The notes below the pieces were generated by a model that saw only the letters and a list, made by a program, of their open reading frames with translations, was not told the DNA's origin and ran no database searches. 26,459 nucleotides of DNA, taken from a virus (taxonomy: Duplodnaviria; Caudoviricetes). The position numbers and the translations under genes were made by a program. The stretch is taken from positions 1 to 26,459 of the IMG/VR virus record IMGVR_UViG_3300020045_003216; one strand, written 5' to 3'. Shown here one piece after another: positions 1 through 8,231 of the stretch. Within the stretch, counting starts at the first letter, position 1. Every line of letters begins with the position of its first letter.

Positions 1-355
1 TCTGAGACATTAGCGTGTTTTTCGCTTTAGCAACGAAAAGATTATCGGCGAATATCAAATAAACGGGAATGTTCCCTTGTGATTCTTTTTGAACTTTTAA
101 CTTTTGCTTTTTCATGAATATGCAGCCGTTAAGTATGACGTCGGGCTCGTATCCTTGTGTCATGTTTTTGGCCTTAGAATTTGGCAAATAGTTGGTGCCT
201 AAAAGGCGGCGATTCTTTGCGCTGTCTTTTAGGTTAAAAGTGTTGGAAAACGAGTATAAATCTTGAATCCCGTTCAACTGCTGTGACTTTTTGAAAGTTA
301 CAACGGTTGCCGGGTCGATGTCTAGGGCCTCGTTATTTAGGATTATTTTTATCAC
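1..355 (-). CDS. Partial putative tail/baseplate hub protein (runs off the window)
   Basis: Not in the ORF track. GTG at 355 overlaps the upstream stop (GTGA). The frame MIKIILNNEALDIDPATVVTFKKSQQLNGIQDLYSFSNTFNLKDSAKNRRLLG... is open to the edge and resembles N-termini of Bacteroidota phage tail proteins. Confidence 0.65.
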   Translation of the reverse strand, partial: MIKIILNNEALDIDPATVVTFKKSQQLNGIQDLYSFSNTFNLKDSAKNRRLLGTNYLPNSKAKNMTQGYEPDVILNGCIFMKKQKLKVQKESQGNIPVYLIFADNLFVAKAKNTLMSQ

Positions 356-1470
356 AGTTTAAAGTTTCCGCTATTGGTTATTTTTGCGCTAAGCGTAAAG
401 TCGAACGTTTGCAGACGAGACGCCGAAGATCCGGATACTTCGCATTCGATAAATACGTCGTTATCGTTGAGCTGTTTTAAATTCATTTCGACTTTTGGCG
501 AACGTAGCAACATGTCGAAGAGCTCTTTTAACTGGATTAGCTTCGAACCTTTGAAATTTAATTCTGCTTTATAGTCCACGTCCGACTGAACGGCGGGGGA
601 CTTGTTCTCATTTTCGTTAAAATATGCGCGATCGTAGAATGTCGTCTTTGAACGGTCGGAGCTCTCGGCGTCTAGGTTCGAATAAAAATACGAAAAGCCG
701 CCTTTGTTGTTGAAAAATCTAAATTGGATTACTGGCTCGCACGTATCCTTAAAGTCAATGGCGAAAAGCTTTTTCGCTGGGTTCTGATTGGTGCAAGTTA
801 CTTCGCGCAACGACTTAACGGCGTCGAGTTGACCCTCTGTAAACGCGTAAGTTGCAACGCCTACCGTGTCAACTATCGCGGCAGTCACGCCTGCAACCGT
901 TACAGTGTTGGCCATCAACTCGTTCGTGAATATCGAAACATAATTGTCGAAGCCTCTGCATATCTCGATAGTCTCAGGCGCTAAGAATGTGAGCTTATCC
1001 GCAACTAACGGATTGGTGAACTTATCAAATAGCAGGCGTTCGCCTAATATTGAGTAAAAGTCTGCTGAGGTGCTGTCCACCGCGCCTAGGCCGTCAGTGA
1101 ACACAAAGTTATCAAAAATGTAATTGTCGAAAGTAAATGAGGTGTCCTCTGGCACTGAGCCGTCACGGATCTTTAGCGATGTTTCAAATTTTTCGATTGA
1201 TAGGTTTTTCGTCCCGCTGAAATCAAACTCGAAGCCGTTAAGCTGCAACGCCTTAAAGAACTCTTCGGCGTTTACCGAAAAGACCTTCGTTTGTGTGTTG
1301 GGAAAAACGTTTCGGATTATTGCCGTTTTATCGGCGTACAAGGACTTTATCACAACATCACAAACATAGTCGTCGAAGTTTCCCACGACTGAGTCGGTTG
1401 TAAACTCAAAAAGTACGGGACTCGTACAGTTGAAAAATAAAGCGGGTTGTTTGGTTATCGTAATTGCCAT
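352..1470 (-). CDS. Putative virion tail structural protein, 372 aa
   Basis: Long ORF in the structural operon. The C-terminal 'FRFFNNKGGFSYFY...LLRSPKV' pattern is typical of Bacteroidota phage tail proteins. Confidence 0.6.
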   Translation of the reverse strand: MAITITKQPALFFNCTSPVLFEFTTDSVVGNFDDYVCDVVIKSLYADKTAIIRNVFPNTQTKVFSVNAEEFFKALQLNGFEFDFSGTKNLSIEKFETSLKIRDGSVPEDTSFTFDNYIFDNFVFTDGLGAVDSTSADFYSILGERLLFDKFTNPLVADKLTFLAPETIEICRGFDNYVSIFTNELMANTVTVAGVTAAIVDTVGVATYAFTEGQLDAVKSLREVTCTNQNPAKKLFAIDFKDTCEPVIQFRFFNNKGGFSYFYSNLDAESSDRSKTTFYDRAYFNENENKSPAVQSDVDYKAELNFKGSKLIQLKELFDMLLRSPKVEMNLKQLNDNDVFIECEVSGSSASRLQTFDFTLSAKITNSGNFKL

Positions 1471-1664
1471 TTTATACTATATTTTCGAAGGACGCGATAT
1501 ATTGAAATATCCGGACCGGCCCCCAGTTTTTTATGATATGTGAACTTTCAACGCCGTTCGTCAGTTTGATAATTAGTATGCCGCTGCCTTCGTCAGTCGA
1601 TCTGTGAGGCGTGAATCTAAACTCAACCCCTTTGTAGTGCCCTTGCATCATCGTAATTGCCATT
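1457..1664. repeat. 15-bp direct repeat ATCGTAATTGCCATT at 1457-1471 and 1650-1664
   Basis: Exact copies read from the sequence. Each contains a start codon encoding MAIT. Confidence 0.9.
1472..1663 (-). CDS. Small hypothetical protein (63 aa), moron-like insert
   Basis: Fills the gap between two structural genes exactly and is flanked by a 15-bp direct repeat. Confidence 0.6.
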   Translation of the reverse strand: MAITMMQGHYKGVEFRFTPHRSTDEGSGILIIKLTNGVESSHIIKNWGPVRIFQYIASFENIV

Positions 1665-2079
1665 GTGTTGTCTTTAAGTTCGTAACTATGTCATTAATCG
1701 CCAGATCCATTACACGCTGGATATTGGTCGGGTTTAAAACCGATTTCAAAGCGGGAGAGCCTCCTACTCTGTCCCACGTTGTGCCGTCTCGAAGTATCGC
1801 GTTTAGGACCGTTTCGGGATCCATAACACCGTCAAGTCCTTTCGCTGCGAGCCATTCAACAATATCGGCTAGCGTTGGAGGGCTTTTATATTGTTCGCCG
1901 TCTCGGAGTTCCAGGATATAGTCGAGAGCGTATATCTTAACTTCGTCCTTGTCAGGCGTTGAGGTGCTTTCAAAAGTCACGGACTCGATTAGTCGCCGTG
2001 TGGCGATAAGGTCGTCCGTTTCGATCGCCCCGATTAACGGCTGCACTAACTCGGTTTCGACTATTCTCTCTAAATCCAT
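1648..2079 (-). CDS. Putative neck/tail-completion protein, 143 aa
   Basis: Size and position fit. 'ATRRLIESV...DGEQYKSPPTLADIVEWLAAKG' resembles HK97 gp10-like neck proteins. Confidence 0.5.
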   Translation of the reverse strand: MDLERIVETELVQPLIGAIETDDLIATRRLIESVTFESTSTPDKDEVKIYALDYILELRDGEQYKSPPTLADIVEWLAAKGLDGVMDPETVLNAILRDGTTWDRVGGSPALKSVLNPTNIQRVMDLAINDIVTNLKTTQWQLR

Positions 2080-2537
2080 ATCGAATAATTTACCTCAACG
2101 CCTGTACAGCTTGTGGCCTTGGTGTATTTCACCGAGTTGTAAAGCGGGCGTAAAGAGTTGATACTTATTTGAAAATCGCACGCTATATAGTTCTGTAACT
2201 CGATTGCAAATGCTAAATTTAAAAGCTTTTTCACGATATCTGTAAATTGGCCGTTATTGGACGTTGCAGCGTTCGTGTCTGTGCCTATCTCGGCAGGCAC
2301 CCCAATAAACAAAACGCCGTCGAATCTCATTCTACCCTCACCGCGTAACGGTGTGCCGCTGTCAAGGCGGTCGATAAAAAACCAAGCGGGCTTTATTTCG
2401 TTCGGCGTTACACCGGTGGGGTCTGTCTCGTAGTATTGAAAGTCGTTAAACTCTGCAATATATGCGAACAAGTCCGACGGGTCGGCTATCGTGGGTAAGA
2501 TGTATGTTTCGTCTTTCGGTTTTAGGATGGTTGCCAT
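2070..2537 (-). CDS. Putative tail terminator/head-tail joining protein, 155 aa
   Basis: Size, position and a terminal beta-strand (GVEVNYSI). Overlaps both neighbours. Confidence 0.45.
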   Translation of the reverse strand: MATILKPKDETYILPTIADPSDLFAYIAEFNDFQYYETDPTGVTPNEIKPAWFFIDRLDSGTPLRGEGRMRFDGVLFIGVPAEIGTDTNAATSNNGQFTDIVKKLLNLAFAIELQNYIACDFQISINSLRPLYNSVKYTKATSCTGVEVNYSIWI

Positions 2538-2746
2538 ATCTCAAGTGTTACTTTTATAAAACAATAAAGCCCGTAGGCTTTTACCGTGTAATCTAATACC
2601 CGCATACCCGTATGAGCTTTAGGCAGCCATTGGCGTAACCAGCTGTGATATTTTTGGCCGGGCGAGCGCAACACGTAAAAGCACGATCGCACATATACCC
2701 AGACAAATAGGCTTACAAGTAGAAAAAGTTGAATAGTGTATATCAT
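2522..2746 (-). CDS. Small membrane protein, 74 aa
   Basis: Hydrophobic N-terminus (IQLFLLVSLFVWVYV). Start is coupled to the upstream stop (TAATG). Confidence 0.6.
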   Translation of the reverse strand: MIYTIQLFLLVSLFVWVYVRSCFYVLRSPGQKYHSWLRQWLPKAHTGMRVLDYTVKAYGLYCFIKVTLEIWQPS

Positions 2747-2835
2747 TATTTACTAGCTTTATTATAGTCGTACGCCACTGCCGCAAAGGTCAAAACGACA
2801 ATAATCGCTAAGCCTACAAAAAATATTTCTCTCAT
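2746..2835 (-). CDS. 29-aa single-TM microprotein MREIFFVGLAIIVVLTFAAVAYDYNKASK
   Basis: Not in the ORF track. TAATG stop/start overlaps at both ends (2833-2837 and 2744-2748). Confidence 0.65.
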   Translation of the reverse strand: MREIFFVGLAIIVVLTFAAVAYDYNKASK

Positions 2836-3383
2836 TACATTTTAGGTTTATTTCGTTCGAACTCGTTGAACACGTTCAATTTATCCGCTAAGATAGATAA
2901 AATAATTGTGTCCAGGTTAAAGAGTTCTCTTTTTTCCTGTCTTTTTTCGTTGAAGTTTACCGGGATGCTCTTTTTATCGGCCCAATACTGAATATAATAC
3001 AGCTTGTCTACGGTTGCGTCGCGGAATCCACGGCTCGATCCTTCGACGTTGTAACTCGCCTGAACGTCCGCTATCGCGTCGCGGAGGTATTTAACCGCCT
3101 GAGTGAATTTATGCGTGAACGCTTTAGTAACTATTGGCGTGTAAGCGCCGGGGCATTCTATTTTAAACGCCTTAAAAAACCTCAACACGATAGCGGCGAA
3201 AGCTTCGGGCGTGTTAGCTTCCTGAATGTCGAGCCAGTCGAACGCATTGATCTTGTCAACGATGTCGAGGTGGATAATCCCAATATTAAGAAATTCGGCG
3301 TTGGTGTCTTCGTGTCTTAAGATCGCTTTTTCTTTTCGGTTTGGAAGTTTAAAGGCGTTGCGTATTTTCGCGGTTAGTCCCAT
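2835..3383 (-). CDS. Hypothetical protein (possible tail assembly chaperone), 182 aa
   Basis: Overlaps the TerL stop. Function is guessed from position only. Confidence 0.55.
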   Translation of the reverse strand: MGLTAKIRNAFKLPNRKEKAILRHEDTNAEFLNIGIIHLDIVDKINAFDWLDIQEANTPEAFAAIVLRFFKAFKIECPGAYTPIVTKAFTHKFTQAVKYLRDAIADVQASYNVEGSSRGFRDATVDKLYYIQYWADKKSIPVNFNEKRQEKRELFNLDTIILSILADKLNVFNEFERNKPKM

Positions 3384-4738
3384 TTTGGCATCGTTTTAAG
3401 TTCAAATATAAAGCGCATCAGTAACGCATCGAACCAGTCAGGCGAGCGACCGGTGCGCTTTTTAAATTCTTTTTTGCTTTCAAGCTTAATAACGCCTTCG
3501 TCGTCCGCCGGCTCCCGCAGGATTTGCTCTAGGTCGGAGATAATTTGTTTCTTGAAAGCCAAATCGGCTATAAAGATAAGATTATTTTTCAATGCATCAC
3601 GCAAAAGGAAGGCACATTCTGTCTTTAAATTTTTGTATTGCTTGTTTTTAAGCGGTGCGGAGTTGTTAATAAACGGCTTAGCGGCGTCTAACTTCTTAAG
3701 GCTTTCCGCTGTGAATTTCCTTAACCCGTCCGCATCATATACGATGTTGCTGTACGGGACTTGCCACTCTTCGGCGAGCTCTTTTATTCGCGTGCCTATC
3801 GCCGTTTCGTCTATCTTGTCGATAGCGATAACTTTGATAACTCGCCAGCCGTGCCAGATCAATATCACGAAAGTATCGGCACCCATGTACGCGATATCGG
3901 CGGACATGTATTTCTGTCCGGTCGGTTTTATAAACGAATTCGTGAATAAGTTCAGAATGTCGTCATAATCGATAAGGGTTAACGGGTTGTCGGCATATTC
4001 CCAGATCCCGTGAACGAGTCGAGCTATGCTCTTTGGATCGTCCTTGAAGGTTTTTAAAAGGTCTGGGATATAGTTCTTTGGCAAACACTTGTTATCGGTT
4101 GGCAGGGCTTGCACGAACTTGCGCCACGACGGTAAGGTGTTTTCCTTATTCGCGAGGTAGTAGTCTTCGTAGACGAAATTCTTTGAGGGGTTGAGCGTAA
4201 CCAGCAATTTAGCTCTAAGGTTGTACAGGTCGTTTTTCCAGCGCCCGATGGCCGCCTGCAGCATCGATTTAGCTTTAGCGCTAAGCTCTCCCGCCTCTTC
4301 GATCCAACCGCGGGTAAACTGCATAGACCCGAAGCGTTCGAATTCCGGATCCGTTGGCAAATAGGCCGCTTCGAGCAGGAATACCTTCGAACCGTTGTAC
4401 AGCGTGTAAAAGTTATCTTGCCCGTTAAAGCTGTAGTATCTTTCGTCGAGGCCCCAATCAGTTAGGACTTCGGCGATAGTTGGCATTGTAAACTTTCTAA
4501 GGTCGTTTAGCTTTTTCCGAGCGATAAAATAGTGAGTTCCTGGATAAATAAGCGCATCGCCGAAGATCAGGGACGCTCCAAGATACGATTTACCATTACC
4601 TTTCGAACCCCCGTAAGCGATATCGCTCACTTCGTCGTCGATCCAATACTTCGCGACTTGTTCCTGCTTGTCGTTGCCTCGAGTATTAAACTCGATAACG
4701 ATCGACTTAGAGGTCGTATTCCTCGTTTGAGCTTTCAT
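3374..4738 (-). CDS. terL: Terminase large subunit
   Basis: Walker A YGGSKGNGKS, Walker B GWIEE, coupling motif TLNP, nuclease acidic residues (SADIA, YDADG, RSPDWFDA). Confidence 0.93.
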   Translation of the reverse strand: MKAQTRNTTSKSIVIEFNTRGNDKQEQVAKYWIDDEVSDIAYGGSKGNGKSYLGASLIFGDALIYPGTHYFIARKKLNDLRKFTMPTIAEVLTDWGLDERYYSFNGQDNFYTLYNGSKVFLLEAAYLPTDPEFERFGSMQFTRGWIEEAGELSAKAKSMLQAAIGRWKNDLYNLRAKLLVTLNPSKNFVYEDYYLANKENTLPSWRKFVQALPTDNKCLPKNYIPDLLKTFKDDPKSIARLVHGIWEYADNPLTLIDYDDILNLFTNSFIKPTGQKYMSADIAYMGADTFVILIWHGWRVIKVIAIDKIDETAIGTRIKELAEEWQVPYSNIVYDADGLRKFTAESLKKLDAAKPFINNSAPLKNKQYKNLKTECAFLLRDALKNNLIFIADLAFKKQIISDLEQILREPADDEGVIKLESKKEFKKRTGRSPDWFDALLMRFIFELKTMPKWD

Positions 4739-5183
4739 CTGAGGCTATTTCGTTTTTTATAATCATTCCCGTAATGACTGGCATTTGTAGTTTTTCGCCG
4801 TCGCTTGTGATGTCTATTTTATTGCCGTATTTTCGAGGTTGGCGGCGTGCCAGTATCTTATCAATAGTTTCAATTAGTAGCTTTCTATGGCCTAACATAT
4901 CCGCCGTCTTAATCGTCACGCCGTTTGGCCCGTCTTCGATAATCTGGCCGGGTAAGGGTGTACGGGCGATCTCGAGAGTTTCCTCAAAAAGAACCTCATC
5001 ACCCATAGATTGCGCACGCGCGAAACGTTCTTGGAGTTTTTCGTCTCTATCTAACCAACTATACAGCGCATACCTACTCGGAAATCCAGCTGTCCCAATG
5101 AATTGGCGTAAAGATACGCCGGCGGAGAGCTTTTGCAAGACTTTTTTGAATAGTTTTTCTTTTTCTTCGATTGAGTACTTCAC
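4707..5183 (-). CDS. terS: Terminase small subunit
   Basis: Directly upstream of terL. N-terminal HTH (GVSLRQF...PSRYALYSWL) and 'PRKYGNKIDITSDGEK' are typical of TerS. Confidence 0.85.
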   Translation of the reverse strand: MKYSIEEKEKLFKKVLQKLSAGVSLRQFIGTAGFPSRYALYSWLDRDEKLQERFARAQSMGDEVLFEETLEIARTPLPGQIIEDGPNGVTIKTADMLGHRKLLIETIDKILARRQPRKYGNKIDITSDGEKLQMPVITGMIIKNEIASDESSNEEYDL

Positions 5184-5205
5184 GGGGTTTGATTTTAAAC
5201 TTTTT

Positions 5206-5213
5206 CAAAGATA
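5206..5213 (-). promoter_or_regulatory. Bacteroidota-type -7 promoter element TATCTTTG upstream of terS
   Basis: Matches TAnnTTTG, 22 nt upstream of the start codon. No clear -33 TTTG at canonical spacing. Confidence 0.55.
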
Positions 5214-5238
5214 TAAACTATTTCCGAATGTGGGCCGC

Positions 5239-5658
5239 GTAAACACAAATATTTTTAACTTACACTTTTTAACTTGCATAGCGTCAAGTAGTTACGGCGA
5301 AAACGTAAACACGCTTTTATTTGTGTTTACGTTCGTGTTTACCTGTTAAGCCTTGCTGTCAAAGGGCTAAGGGCTAAAAGTAAACACAGAAACACAGAAA
5401 CAGACGCGGCAACATATTATACGTGCGTATTACGTAAATATACGTTCTATATGTATTATTATTCTTATATATTTAATATATTTATAATTTACCTATATAT
5501 TGTGTTTACTCTGTTTACATTTGCCCTCCGCCCTTACGGGCTCTGGTGTTGAAACGTAAACACGTTGTGTTTATTTCTGTTTATTTGTGTTTACTTTTTC
5601 AATTTGGTACATTTCCATGCCTCAAAACGTAAACACGGCTTTTATTTGTGTTTACGTT
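5239..5658. repeat. Origin-like array A: GTAAACAC/GTGTTTAC octamers around an AT-rich core
   Basis: Ten exact octamers (5239, 5305, 5323, 5335, 5380, 5502, 5556, 5587, 5629, 5648) plus degenerate copies. AT-rich core at about 5410-5500. A ~34-bp palindromic unit is repeated at 5300-5333 and 5624-5658. Confidence 0.8.
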
Positions 5659-5698
5659 TTCGCTTGGTAGTTTTATAGTTTTCGTCGTCATGTGGCAT

Positions 5699-5724
5699 AA
5701 AAAAACCGACTCTTTGAGCCGGTT
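5699..5724 (-). terminator. Rho-independent terminator ending the early/accessory transcript
   Basis: Minus strand AACCGGCTC-AAA-GAGTCGGTT followed by a T-run. Confidence 0.85.
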
Positions 5725-5746
5725 CGGATTAATTGGGTTAATTGCC

Positions 5747-6427
5747 TTATCTTTTTGATTGCTTTATTACTTCTCGAAGTACTGCCTCTTCGGCGTTGCC
5801 GTCCACAACTTGAAGGGCATACTGCATATTGAGTTCGGCTAGGTTACCTTTTAGCTCGTTGATTTCGGCGTCTTTTCCGGTTATTGTGTTTTTCAACCTA
5901 GTTATTAAGTCCGGGGCATCGCTGGCGCTGCACTCTGGTGTTTCAGCTTTTCGGCTTAGTCTAATATCGTAGAACCTTAACCCCCTGATTTGCGCCTGGC
6001 GCTCAACGGCTCCGGATATTTTGGCCGAGTGTGTTTGAGCCGTGAAGGCAACGATCTCGTAATTTCGGTTAACTTCTAGCGCGGTATGTATCTCGTAAGG
6101 GGTAGTAAACGCGGCGCCTCTATCGTCATCTCCGGGCATTCCGCTTACTTCGGTTGAATTCGCCAAGGATTGAATTAGTATTGACTTTCCAGATCCCGCA
6201 GGCCCGCTAATATACATAAGACACTTAAGTCTGTTCTCCGGCGTTTCGGGTTCGCCGATACTCGCGTATCCGTTGCGCCAGTCCCATAATAGCGTACCGT
6301 CTTGCAACGCCCATACGGTTGTATATGGTGGGCGCATTAGCGGCGCATCAGTTGGTATTTGTTCTCCGAAGTGTTTACGAACTTCGGCTTCCTCTGGCCT
6401 CTGTGGGCGGTTGTTTAATGGTTCCAT
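5747..6427 (-). CDS. Hypothetical protein with a P-loop motif and C-terminal coiled coil, 226 aa
   Basis: Walker A-like MYISGPAGSGKS. Heptad-like C-terminus. Confidence 0.65.
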   Translation of the reverse strand: MEPLNNRPQRPEEAEVRKHFGEQIPTDAPLMRPPYTTVWALQDGTLLWDWRNGYASIGEPETPENRLKCLMYISGPAGSGKSILIQSLANSTEVSGMPGDDDRGAAFTTPYEIHTALEVNRNYEIVAFTAQTHSAKISGAVERQAQIRGLRFYDIRLSRKAETPECSASDAPDLITRLKNTITGKDAEINELKGNLAELNMQYALQVVDGNAEEAVLREVIKQSKR

Positions 6428-6440
6428 AGTTTACCAGGTT

Positions 6441-7130
6441 TTAAGAATTTAAAAATGTGTAGTACGCGCGATAGCCCTCGTACGCGGCGCGTATCTGGTT
6501 GAACTCGTCAGTGCCACGACGTGTCGAGTATTCCTCTTCCGAGGCGAAAAAGGCGTCCCATGCGTCTATAGTTTTCCACTTGCAGCCTATCTGAATGCCT
6601 TCTCCTAAGACAGTCACAGGCCATTTACAATAGATAGGCATGTTTGACAATTTAGCATTTACGGCGCATCTAAGGTCGGCGCATCTAAGGTCGGCGCTGC
6701 TAAGGTTGGCGCTGCTAAGGTTGGCGCTGCTAAGGTCGGCGCATCTAAGGTCGGCGCTGCTAAGGTCGGCGCTGCTAAGGTTGGCGCTGCTAAGGTTGGC
6801 GCGGCTAAGGTTGGCGCTGCTAAGGTCGGCGCATCTAAGGTCGGCGCTGCTAAGGTTGGCGCGGCTAAGGTTGGCGCTGCTAAGGTTGGCGCTGCTAAGG
6901 TCGGCGCCGCTAAGGTCGGCGCCGCTAAGGTCGGCGCGGCTAAGGTTGGCGCTGCTAAGGTTGGCGCTGCTAAGGTCGGCGCCGCTAAGGTCGGCGCCGC
7001 TAAGGTCGGCGCCGCTAAGGATCGCATGTTTAAGTGTTTCTTTAATTGTGTTGCCTTCGCATTCGTATTCGAAGATTACGCGGCCTAGCCACGTTTTTAT
7101 CTGGATCTTAATTTTTGTTGGACTTTCCAT
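6441..7130 (-). CDS. Pentapeptide repeat protein
   Basis: About 24 A(D/N)L(S/R)x repeats, with the usual phage C-terminal 'IQIGC...W..FF' domain. Confidence 0.9.
   Translation of the reverse strand: MESPTKIKIQIKTWLGRVIFEYECEGNTIKETLKHAILSGADLSGADLSGADLSSANLSSANLSRADLSGADLSGADLSSANLSSANLSRANLSSADLRCADLSSANLSRANLSSANLSSADLSSADLRCADLSSANLSSANLSSADLRCADLRCAVNAKLSNMPIYCKWPVTVLGEGIQIGCKWKTIDAWDAFFASEEEYSTRRGTDEFNQIRAAYEGYRAYYTFLNS
6662..7020. repeat. ~24 tandem copies of a 15-bp unit, GCC(G/A)ACCTTAG(C/A)NGC on the minus strand
   Basis: Read directly from the sequence. Encodes the pentapeptide repeats. Confidence 0.95.
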
Positions 7131-7133
7131 TTT

Positions 7134-7292
7134 TTAGGAGTTTTTAAATTTATAATTATGCTTTTTAGTTATTCGGATCCTTCGGCGTTCAACCGCTTCG
7201 CCGCTATTGGCAAGTATGAATGCGGCCACGAGTTCAGGAGTTACGACCGCCCCGGCGTTAAACAGGGTGGTTTTAAATTCCGTAACCGTCAT
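7134..7292 (-). CDS. Hypothetical protein, 52 aa (MTVTEFKTTLFNAGAVV...KFKNS)
   Basis: Not in the ORF track. TAATG-coupled to the upstream gene and ends 3 nt before the next ATG. Confidence 0.55.
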   Translation of the reverse strand: MTVTEFKTTLFNAGAVVTPELVAAFILANSGEAVERRRIRITKKHNYKFKNS

Positions 7293-7540
7293 TACACGTT
7301 AAGTTTAGCCGCCGTAACGGCGTTAATCAGATTGCCGTTCAAGGCTCTGAGGTCTGCGATAGTTTCCGCCTGTATCGTGCGAGCTTTTAACTGCGCCGCG
7401 AGTACTGCGTCTAGTACGGCGTACACGCCTATCCCCCCGACAAGGCTATCGATTACCTTTTTGAAAACTGGATCGGCATTGTATCGCTCTTCGCCGTTTA
7501 CGAACTTTTCGAGAACATCGGCTAATTGGATCTTTTCCAT
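7292..7540 (-). CDS. Hypothetical protein, 82 aa
   Basis: Tightly packed ORF in the small-gene cluster. Confidence 0.65.
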   Translation of the reverse strand: MEKIQLADVLEKFVNGEERYNADPVFKKVIDSLVGGIGVYAVLDAVLAAQLKARTIQAETIADLRALNGNLINAVTAAKLNV

Positions 7541-7547
7541 AATTACG

Positions 7548-7739
7548 TTATTTAGTTAGTGTATCGCCAACGGCAATATATTTAAGGTCCTGAGAATTGA
7601 AGGCGTTGCCGCCTCGTTCGAGTGTGCGCTCGCACCGGTTAATTATAGCGGTCTGGCTAAACACATATCCACCTATCGCGCCAAGCGTTAACAGCGTAAC
7701 GGCTATGGCTAAATCAGTTAATAGTTTCTTTATGTCCAT
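7548..7739 (-). CDS. Small membrane protein, 63 aa
   Basis: One TM segment (LAIAVTLLTLGAIGGYVF). Confidence 0.65.
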   Translation of the reverse strand: MDIKKLLTDLAIAVTLLTLGAIGGYVFSQTAIINRCERTLERGGNAFNSQDLKYIAVGDTLTK

Positions 7740-7954
7740 GGTTCGGAGATTTTAAAGGGTTCAATAGTTTCGTAATTTTTATGAATGCGTAAGAACAGCC
7801 TACCCGCTGCGGTGTACTTGTCGTCTCGGCCTAGTGCCTTGGCGCGCGATACCCTCGCGGCCAGCTCGGCGTACTTAGCGAATCGCTGGGCTTTGGTGAA
7901 CGCCTTGAAAGCGTCGAGGCTCATCACTAACAGTTGCTTAGTTTCGGCGGTCAT
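7730..7954 (-). CDS. Hypothetical basic protein, 74 aa
   Basis: TAATG-coupled to the upstream gene. Confidence 0.65.
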   Translation of the reverse strand: MTAETKQLLVMSLDAFKAFTKAQRFAKYAELAARVSRAKALGRDDKYTAAGRLFLRIHKNYETIEPFKISEPWT

Positions 7955-8136
7955 TAGTTAATTTCAACGATTTCAAACCATCTGCCTCTCCTGATATTTT
8001 GGTCAACGGTACAATCTCTTTTCCAAGAATTCCCCGAGTTCTCCGCGTCTTGTTTGGTGGCGTAGGCTTTTTGATTAACTTGATTTATTTCAGTTTCGAA
8101 GTTGAATTTTACGAGTGTGTAAGTTGTAGTTTTCAT
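7954..8136 (-). CDS. Hypothetical protein, ~60 aa (MKTTTYTLVKF...)
   Basis: ATG at 8136 is preferred because the longer TTG start in the ORF track lies inside the promoter. Confidence 0.65.
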   Translation of the reverse strand: MKTTTYTLVKFNFETEINQVNQKAYATKQDAENSGNSWKRDCTVDQNIRRGRWFEIVEIN

Positions 8137-8163
8137 AATTTCTAAGTGTTTTATTTTGATATT

Positions 8164-8224
8164 CAAAGATACAACTTATTTACGCTCTGTAAAATTATTT
8201 TACCATTTTAACAAAACTTTAACA
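8164..8224 (-). promoter_or_regulatory. Internal promoter (TATCTTTG) with an upstream TTTAACA direct repeat
   Basis: CAAAGATA at 8164-8171. A 38-bp stretch is colinear with the promoter at 19088-19125. TTTAACA occurs at 8207 and 8218. Confidence 0.7.
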
Positions 8225-8231
8225 TTTACGG

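Noticed and set aside
6662-7020. CRISPR array or DGR template/variable repeat
   Set aside because: There are no spacers, the variation is not adenine-specific between two copies, and no reverse transcriptase is in the window.
6640-7137. Alternative-frame repeat ORFs (LRSAL... on plus, AAPTL... on minus)
   Set aside because: These are by-products of a stop-free 15-bp repeat. Only the A(D/N)LSx frame has sensible flanking domains.
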